DNA from: an uncultured Chloroflexia bacterium
GTDB taxonomy: Bacteria; Chloroflexota; Anaerolineae; CG2-30-64-16
DNA length: 64,000 nucleotides
Reading direction: 5' to 3'
Assembly (NCBI GenBank): GCA_963841825.1
Contig: CAWJEL010000024.1
Coordinates: 44,982 to 108,981 of the forward strand
The notes beneath the pieces were generated by a model. It made no database searches, was not told the origin of the DNA, and saw only the letters and a program-made list of their open reading frames with translations. Position numbers and translations under genes: made by a program. Shown piece after piece: positions 58,617 through 64,000 of the stretch (position 1 is the first letter of the stretch; every line of letters begins with the position of its first letter).

Positions 58617-60002
58617 CTACCGGAACACCACCGGCAGCCAGGTTCGGAAGGTTCGCACCACTGGCGTTCGGGTGGCCGTGGGTGTCACAGTCGGCGTCAT
58701 GGTCGGCGCCACAATATGCGTTGCGGTCGGCGTCACGGTCGGCGTCACGGTGGACGTTGGTGTTTGGGTCGTGGTGGCAGTCACCGTGACTGTTGCGGCA
58801 GGTGTGGGCACCGGGTTCTCGATGCGCTGCTGCAACAGTTGCAGGCCCGCGATGAGCTCAGAAAGGGTGAAATTGCAGTGTCCGAAGCGATCCACCCTGA
58901 TGAGATCATGGCGAAAGGTCAGGTTGTGCGCGACGACCTTGTCTCGGTATAGCGTCTGGTGCCAGTAGGGTACCGTTTGGTCGTTGGTGGTATGGATTGT
59001 CACCAGGGGGACCATAGGGCGCCCCGCGGTCTGATAGTGTGCATCGATCTCCGCCCATGCGGCGGGGCTGCCGACATAACGCTGCACACCGGCATTCAAC
59101 GCGGCATCGTTCAGTGAGCCGGCATAGGCACGGTCGTGGTTGTCGAATGGCTGCCCGCCCAGTTTGATGACCGCGTCGTTGGTCGCCATCACGTTGTACC
59201 ACAACTCCTGGCTGATGCCCTCGGCAATGGTCGCTGGGACGCTCAGATCGTAGGGCACGCCCGTGACATTTAGGAGTTGTGTCACGCTGATGGCGCTGCC
59301 CGGCGTCGCGATGACCGGCGCCACGGTCGTGGTGTAGTAGGTCGGCCAGTTGGCGATCAGCGGTTCGGGGATATTAACTGCACTGCCCGGGATCAGGCCG
59401 GGAAAGAAGTAATCGAACACGATCCGGAAGTCGGCCACATAGTTAGTGTGCCGCCGGAAGTCGCCGATGGGGCCGCACGCGGCCAACCCTCCGTTGAAGA
59501 CGGCCGGATACTGTTCTGTGGCCAGGGTGGTGATCAGCCCACCTTCCGACACACCGACCAGGATCACACGCTTGAGCGTCGGGTGCTGGGCTCTGAAGAT
59601 GCTCACCAGGTCCACCAGGTCGGGCAAACCCTGCCTGATCGCCAACCCGTTAACGCTGTAACTGGTGGTGGCGAAGGCGTAGCCGAGCAAATTGGCCGCG
59701 TCCGGGATATAGGTATCGCCCAGACGAAGCTGGTCCTCTGGGATGCCGACCGGCTCGTTCGGGGCCACGTAGCCGTGGGCGTAGACGAGCAGGTCGCCGT
59801 TCCAGGCGAACGCCGGCATACAGATGCGATACTTGGCCCCACTGGCTTGTGTCCCATCCGGAGCACACGCCATTGGCGCCAGTGCCGCGTCCGGATCGTC
59901 GGGCGCCGCACCTGGGCCAGCGGGTGCTGCGGCCAATCCGCTGCTGGCGAGCATACTGACAAGCAGAACGAACGCGAGCCCCAGCCCGAACGTTTTGTGC
60001 AT
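58617..60002 (-). CDS. Secreted alpha/beta-hydrolase-fold protein with a C-terminal Thr/Pro-rich tail, duplicate copy 1.
   Basis: Signal peptide and a GVSEGG nucleophile elbow. The tail is PTPAATVTVTATTTQTPTSTVTPTVTPT... ending RTWLPVVFR. Confidence 0.7.
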   Translation of the reverse strand: MHKTFGLGLAFVLLVSMLASSGLAAAPAGPGAAPDDPDAALAPMACAPDGTQASGAKYRICMPAFAWNGDLLVYAHGYVAPNEPVGIPEDQLRLGDTYIPDAANLLGYAFATTSYSVNGLAIRQGLPDLVDLVSIFRAQHPTLKRVILVGVSEGGLITTLATEQYPAVFNGGLAACGPIGDFRRHTNYVADFRIVFDYFFPGLIPGSAVNIPEPLIANWPTYYTTTVAPVIATPGSAISVTQLLNVTGVPYDLSVPATIAEGISQELWYNVMATNDAVIKLGGQPFDNHDRAYAGSLNDAALNAGVQRYVGSPAAWAEIDAHYQTAGRPMVPLVTIHTTNDQTVPYWHQTLYRDKVVAHNLTFRHDLIRVDRFGHCNFTLSELIAGLQLLQQRIENPVPTPAATVTVTATTTQTPTSTVTPTVTPTATHIVAPTMTPTVTPTATRTPVVRTFRTWLPVVFR

Positions 60003-60338
60003 GCTGTGCTCCTTTTGCAGGGTGACAGATAACCAAAAAGCTTGATACGCTCACCTTATCACGTTCGGCGAGATGTGTCAACGGTCAAACGCGTCGCCGC
60101 GTTCGCGAATCACGGATGCATTTCAATCCTGGGGCGAATCGTGCCCTGAGCTTGTCAGTCTCCAAAGGGCTCAGCGAGCGTGTCAGTCGCCAAATTGAAG
60201 CACACCCACGAATCGCGAATTTTCGGCTGCGTTCTGTGCTCTCATCCCTTCGTTGAGACAAATGTACCTGACAGATGGGTGACTTGCTTGTATCATACAC
60301 GCGTGATATCAAAGCGTTGAACAAGATGGAGGGACACG

Positions 60339-60935
60339 ATGCAAGCAACGGATATTCTCATGCAAGAACACGAAGTGATCCTGCGCGTCATTGCGACGCT
60401 CGAAGTCGAGGCAGACCGTCTGGCCGAGGGGCAAGAAGTGCGTCCAGGTTTTTTCCTGGATGCGGCTGACTTCATCAAAGGTTTCGCCGACGGCTGTCAT
60501 CACAAGAAAGAAGAGGGCGTCCTGTTCGAGGCGATGGCCGCGGCTGGCCTGCCCAAACAGACCGGCCCGATCGCCGTGATGTTGACAGAACATGAGCAGG
60601 GCCGCGCCTTCACGCGCGGGATGTGGGAGGCGGCCAACCGGTTAGCGGCAGGCGATAGCACGGCCCGCGACGCAGTGGTCAGCAATGCCCGCGGCTACGC
60701 TGCGCTCTTGCGCCAGCATATCCAGAAGGAGAACGGCATCCTCTTCCCGTTGGCCGATCAGGTGATCCCAGTTGCCAGGCAGGCGCAGGTCGCCGACGAT
60801 TTCGAGCGCGTCGAGCACGAGGACACCGGCGAAGGGGTACATGCGAAATACCTGGTGCTGGTCGAGGTGCTCGTGGAGCAGGGGACTCACCCTGAGCTGC
60901 TGGCGCGTCGGCGGCCTCTATGCCAATCTATATGA
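60339..60935 (+). CDS. Hemerythrin (HHE cation-binding) domain protein, copy 1. Its 3' end is chimeric with an ABC-transporter 3' fragment.
   Basis: MQEHEVI, GCHHKKEE, MLTEHEQG and RQHIQKEN. After GVHAKYL the sequence switches to VLVEVLVEQGTHPELLAR, homologous to the ABC gene tail. Confidence 0.7.
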   Translation: MQATDILMQEHEVILRVIATLEVEADRLAEGQEVRPGFFLDAADFIKGFADGCHHKKEEGVLFEAMAAAGLPKQTGPIAVMLTEHEQGRAFTRGMWEAANRLAAGDSTARDAVVSNARGYAALLRQHIQKENGILFPLADQVIPVARQAQVADDFERVEHEDTGEGVHAKYLVLVEVLVEQGTHPELLARRRPLCQSI

Positions 60936-61008
60936 AACGCAGTTCCGGCATGGGCCGCAAGGTCTGGCTGCCTCCGGCCAGATCGAATCCTCGTACGTCG
61001 AATTCTGA
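60851..61008 (+). pseudogene. Remnant of the last about 50 codons of an ABC exporter gene, at the duplication junction.
   Basis: LVEQGTHPELLAR / GGLYANLYETQFRHG...AASGQIESSY aligns with 58355-58514 (LVEQGTHAELLARGGLYADLYETQFRHG...). It contains an internal frame break. Confidence 0.6.
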
Positions 61009-61035
61009 TAAGCTACGGATCGAGCCAGGCAACAA

Positions 61036-61081
61036 GCGTCCCGCGCATTGCGCTCTTGCGGCGCAATGCGCGGGACGCTTT
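61036..61081. terminator. Bidirectional stem-loop terminator between the ABC remnant and hydrolase copy 2.
   Basis: GCGTCCCGCGCATTGCGC, a 7-nt loop, then GCGCAATGCGCGGGACGC (18-bp perfect stem) followed by TTT. Confidence 0.6.
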
Positions 61082-61109
61082 GGGCGCGGGTCAGCCACCG
61101 CTGACGCTT

Positions 61110-62495
61110 CTACCGGAGCACCACCGGCAGCCAGGTTCGGAAGGTTCGCACCACTGGCGTTCGGGTGGCCGTGGGTGTCACAGTCGGCGTCATGGTCGGC
61201 GCCACAATATGCGTTGCGGTCGGCGTCACGGTCGGCGTCACGGTGGACGTTGGTGTTTGGGTCGCGGTGGCAGTCACCGTGACTGTTGCGGCAGGTGTGG
61301 GCACCGGGTTCTCGATGCGCTGCTGCAGCAGTTGCAGGGCTGTGATAAGCTCAGAAAGGGTGAAATTGCAGTGTCCAAAGCGATCTATCCTGATCAGATC
61401 ATGCCGATAGGTCAGGTTGTTTGCGACGACCTTGGCGCGATACAGCGTCTGGTGCCAGTAGGGTACTGTCTGGTCGTTGGTGGTGTGGCTGGTCACCAGC
61501 GGGACCCTCGGACGCCCGGCGGTCTCATAGTGTGCGTCGATCTCCGCCCACGCGGCCGGGCTGCCGCTGTAACGTTGCACGCCGGCATTCAGCGCGGTAT
61601 CGTTCAGTGAACCTGTGTAGACACGGTCGTGGTTGTCGAACGGCTGCCCGCCCAGTTTGGCGACCGCGTCGTTGGTCGCCATGACGTTGTACCACAACTC
61701 TTGGCTGATGCCCTCGTTGATGGTCGCCGCGTCGCCGGGGATGTAGGGCACCCCTGTGACATTCAGGAGTTGTGTCACGCTGATGGCGCTGCCCGGCGCC
61801 GCGATGACGGGCGCTACGGTCGTGGTGTAGTAGGTCGACCAATTGGCAATCAGCGGTTCAGGGATACTGACCGCACTGCCCGGGATCAGGCCGGGAAAGA
61901 AGTAATCAAACACGACCCGGAAGTCGGCCACATAGTTGGTATGCCGCCGGAAGTCGCCGATGGGCCCGCACGCGGCCAGACCGCCGTTGAAGACGTCAGG
62001 ATACTGCTCGGTCGCCAGGGTGGTGATCAGCCCGCCCTCCGATACGCCGATGAGTATCACGCGTTTGAGCGTCGGATGTTGGGTTCTGAAGATGTTCACC
62101 AGGTCCACCAGGTCGGGCAACCCCTGCTTGACTGCCAATCCGTTGACGCTGTAACTGGTGGTGGCGAAGGCGTAGCCGAGCAAATTGGCCGCGTCCGGGA
62201 TATAGGTGTCGCCCAGATGAAGCTGGTCCTCTGGGATGCCGACCGGCTCGTTCGGGGCCACGTAGCCGTGGGCGTAGACGAGCAGGTCGCCGTTCCAGGC
62301 GAACGCCGGCATACAGATGCGATACTTGGCCCCACTGGCTTGTGTCCCATCCGGAGCACACGCCATTGGCGCCAGTGCCGCGTCCGGATCGTCGGGCGCC
62401 GCACCTGGGCCAGCGGGCGCTGCGGCCAATCCGCTGCTGGCGAGCATACTGACAAGCAGAACGAACGCGAGCCCCAGCCCGAACGTTTTGTGCAT
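61110..62495 (-). CDS. Secreted alpha/beta-hydrolase-fold protein, duplicate copy 2.
   Basis: Collinear with 58617-60002, with only scattered substitutions in 461 aa. Same GVSEGG and TP-rich tail, ending RTWLPVVLR. Confidence 0.7.
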   Translation of the reverse strand: MHKTFGLGLAFVLLVSMLASSGLAAAPAGPGAAPDDPDAALAPMACAPDGTQASGAKYRICMPAFAWNGDLLVYAHGYVAPNEPVGIPEDQLHLGDTYIPDAANLLGYAFATTSYSVNGLAVKQGLPDLVDLVNIFRTQHPTLKRVILIGVSEGGLITTLATEQYPDVFNGGLAACGPIGDFRRHTNYVADFRVVFDYFFPGLIPGSAVSIPEPLIANWSTYYTTTVAPVIAAPGSAISVTQLLNVTGVPYIPGDAATINEGISQELWYNVMATNDAVAKLGGQPFDNHDRVYTGSLNDTALNAGVQRYSGSPAAWAEIDAHYETAGRPRVPLVTSHTTNDQTVPYWHQTLYRAKVVANNLTYRHDLIRIDRFGHCNFTLSELITALQLLQQRIENPVPTPAATVTVTATATQTPTSTVTPTVTPTATHIVAPTMTPTVTPTATRTPVVRTFRTWLPVVLR

Positions 62496-62830
62496 GCTGT
62501 GCTCCTTTTGCAGGGTGACAGATAACCAAAAAGCTTGATACGCTCACCTTATCACGTTCGGCGAGATGTGTCAACGGTCAAACGCGTCGCCGCGTCGCGA
62601 ATCACGGATGCATTTCAATCCTGGGGCGAATCGTGCCCTGAGCTTGTCAGTCTCCAAAGGGCTCAGCGAGCGTGTCAGTCGCCAAATTGAAGCACACCCA
62701 CGAATCGCGAATTTTCGGCTGCATTCTGCGCTCTCATCCCTTCGTTGAGACAAATGTACCTGACAGATGGGTGACTTGCTTGTATCATACACGCGTGATA
62801 TCAAAGCGTTGAACAAGATGGAGGGACACG

Positions 62831-63383
62831 ATGCAAGCAACGGATATTCTCATGCAAGAACACGAAGTGATCCTGCGCGTCATTGCGACGCTCGAAGTCG
62901 AGGCAGACCGTCTGGCCGAGGGGCAAGAAGTGCGTCCAGGTTTTTTCCTGGATGCGGCTGACTTCATCAAAGGTTTCGCCGACGGCTGTCATCACAAGAA
63001 AGAAGAGGGCGTCCTGTTCGAGGCGATGGCCGCGGCTGGCCTGCCCAAACAGACCGGTCCGATCGCCGTGATGTTGACAGAACATGAGCAGGGCCGCGCC
63101 TTCACGCGGGATGTGGGAGGCGGCCAACCGGTTAGCGGCAGGCGATAGCACGGCCCGCGACGCAGTGGTCAGCAATGCCCGCGGCTACGCTGCGCTCTTG
63201 CGCCAGCATATCCAGAAGGAGAACGGCATCCTCTTCCCGTTGGCAGATCAGGTGATCCCAGTTGCCAGGCAGGCGCAGGTCGCCGACGATTTCGAGCGCG
63301 TCGAGCATGAGGACACCGGCGAAGGGGTACACGAGAAATACCTGGCGCTGGCCGAGGCGCTGGAGCGGGAAGCGGGGGCGTGA
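62831..63383 (+). pseudogene. Hemerythrin domain protein, copy 2. Native 3' end, but a 2-bp deletion near 63105-63109.
   Basis: Copy 1 has TTCACGCGCGGGATG and copy 2 has TTCACGCGGGATG. The reading frame resumes as MWEAANRLAAGD... in the next frame and ends EKYLALAEALEREAGA. Confidence 0.7.
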
Positions 63384-63409
63384 CGAATGACGAATGACGA
63401 ATGACCAGC
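63382..63409. repeat. Heptamer array, unit GACGAAT (3 units plus a degenerate one), overlapping the hemerythrin copy-2 stop.
   Basis: GACGAAT GACGAAT GACGAAT GACCAGC. Confidence 0.85.
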
Positions 63410-63423
63410 TCAGGCAGGGAGCG

Positions 63424-64000
63424 ATGATGGACAACCCAACTGATTTCTACGACGCGTTGGCGCCGATGTTCGACGTGATGACCGACTGGGAGGCGCGGCT
63501 GGCGGCGGAAGGGCCGTTCCTGGCGTCAATACTTGAGGGAGCGGGTGCTAAACGGGTGCTGGACGCGGCCTGCGGCAGCGGAGGACATGCGCTCTGGCTG
63601 GCGCGACAGGATTACGATGTGGTAGGCGCTGACGTCAGCCCCGTGATGATCGCGCTGGCGCAGCAGAAGGCCGCGGCGAGCCGGCCTCGTGTGCCGTTTG
63701 CTCGTCGCAGCGGATCTGGCGAACCTCTCCCCTCCCAAGGGCTGGCGAACGCCGAACCCACCTACGACGCCGTCCTCTGCCTGGGCAACTCGTTGCCGCA
63801 TCTGCTGACGCAGGACGACCTGGTGGCGGCGCTGCGGGGGATGGCCGGCGTGCTGCGGACCGGGCGGGGCGCTCGTCCTGCAAAATCTGAACTACGATCT
63901 GCGCTGGCAGGGTCAGCCGCGCTGGTTCATGGCGCAGGGCGGCGAACTGGATGGGCAGGAGGTGCTGGTGTGGCGCTTCGCCGACTACGACGCACCCGCC
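63424..64000 (+). pseudogene. Class I SAM-dependent methyltransferase, 3'-partial at the window edge, with at least one frame break near 63860.
   Basis: VLDAACGSGGHALWLA, VVGADVSP and AVLCLGNSLPHL. GVLR continues in another frame as GGALVLQNLNYDLRWQGQPRWF. Confidence 0.65.

Larger units (their letters stand above)
58355..60850. repeat. Tandem duplication unit 1: ABC 3' end, hairpin, hydrolase, spacer, hemerythrin.
   Basis: Starts at CCTGGTGCTGG in the ABC gene. The period to unit 2 is 2492-2493 bp (58617 to 61110; 60339 to 62831). Confidence 0.9.
60851..63340. repeat. Tandem duplication unit 2.
   Basis: Starts at CCTGGTGCTGG (60851) and ends just before CCTGGCGCTGG (63341) in hemerythrin copy 2. 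Confidence 0.9.

Noticed and set aside
60772-61008. 78-aa ORF as an independent small gene.
   Set aside because: It is the out-of-frame or in-frame read of the ABC-exporter 3' remnant created by the tandem duplication.
63640-63760. Possible pair of compensating frameshifts in the terminal methyltransferase. The alternative frame reads AGLVCRLLVAADLANLSPPKG.
   Set aside because: It is suggestive, but I cannot decide between the two frames without an alignment to homologues. Only the break near 63860 is reported as supported.

Overview
High-G+C bacterial chromosomal segment: hand counts give about 70% G+C in core stretches. The dispersed repeat types and secreted-protein motifs suggest a Chloroflexota-like organism, but that is a low-confidence guess. 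No rRNA, tRNA, CRISPR, transposase or integrase was recognised.

Contents in order:
- Tail of a membrane glycosyltransferase-like gene.
- A lower-G+C type II restriction-modification pair (498-2749).
- An envelope/glycosylation cluster: lipoprotein, two GT2 genes, LMW tyrosine phosphatase.
- hpf.
- A minus-strand caa3-type cytochrome c oxidase operon (SURF1, subunits II/I/III/IV) followed by FixH/YtkA-like and FixG-like genes.
- A roughly 14 kb lower-G+C accessory block (about 15.05-29.3 kb) of small detox/redox/methyltransferase genes, several of them degraded.
- HD-domain, SanA-like, clostripain-like peptidase and assorted small enzymes.
- proBA.
- A 4.1 kb cassette bracketed by 138-bp inverted repeats: P-loop kinase/Cys-phosphatase fusion, two methyltransferases, mgtC.
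- An AAE-type transporter, a vapBC pair, a DUF1998-type DEAD/DEAH helicase, a metallophosphoesterase and an ABC exporter.
- A 2.49 kb tandem duplication carrying a secreted alpha/beta hydrolase and a hemerythrin gene.

Three window-wide signals stand out:
1. Short tandem arrays, almost all with a 7-bp unit, fill many intergenic spacers of the high-G+C part and intrude into several reading frames.
2. About 20 frame disruptions occur, mostly at short G/C or homopolymer runs, including one in cytochrome oxidase subunit I. These are either assembly indels or widespread pseudogenisation.
3. There are several recombination footprints: a tandem duplication with a microhomology junction, a diverged 0.5 kb direct repeat, and the inverted-repeat-flanked cassette.

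Family assignments are from reading the translations and from memory, not from database searches.
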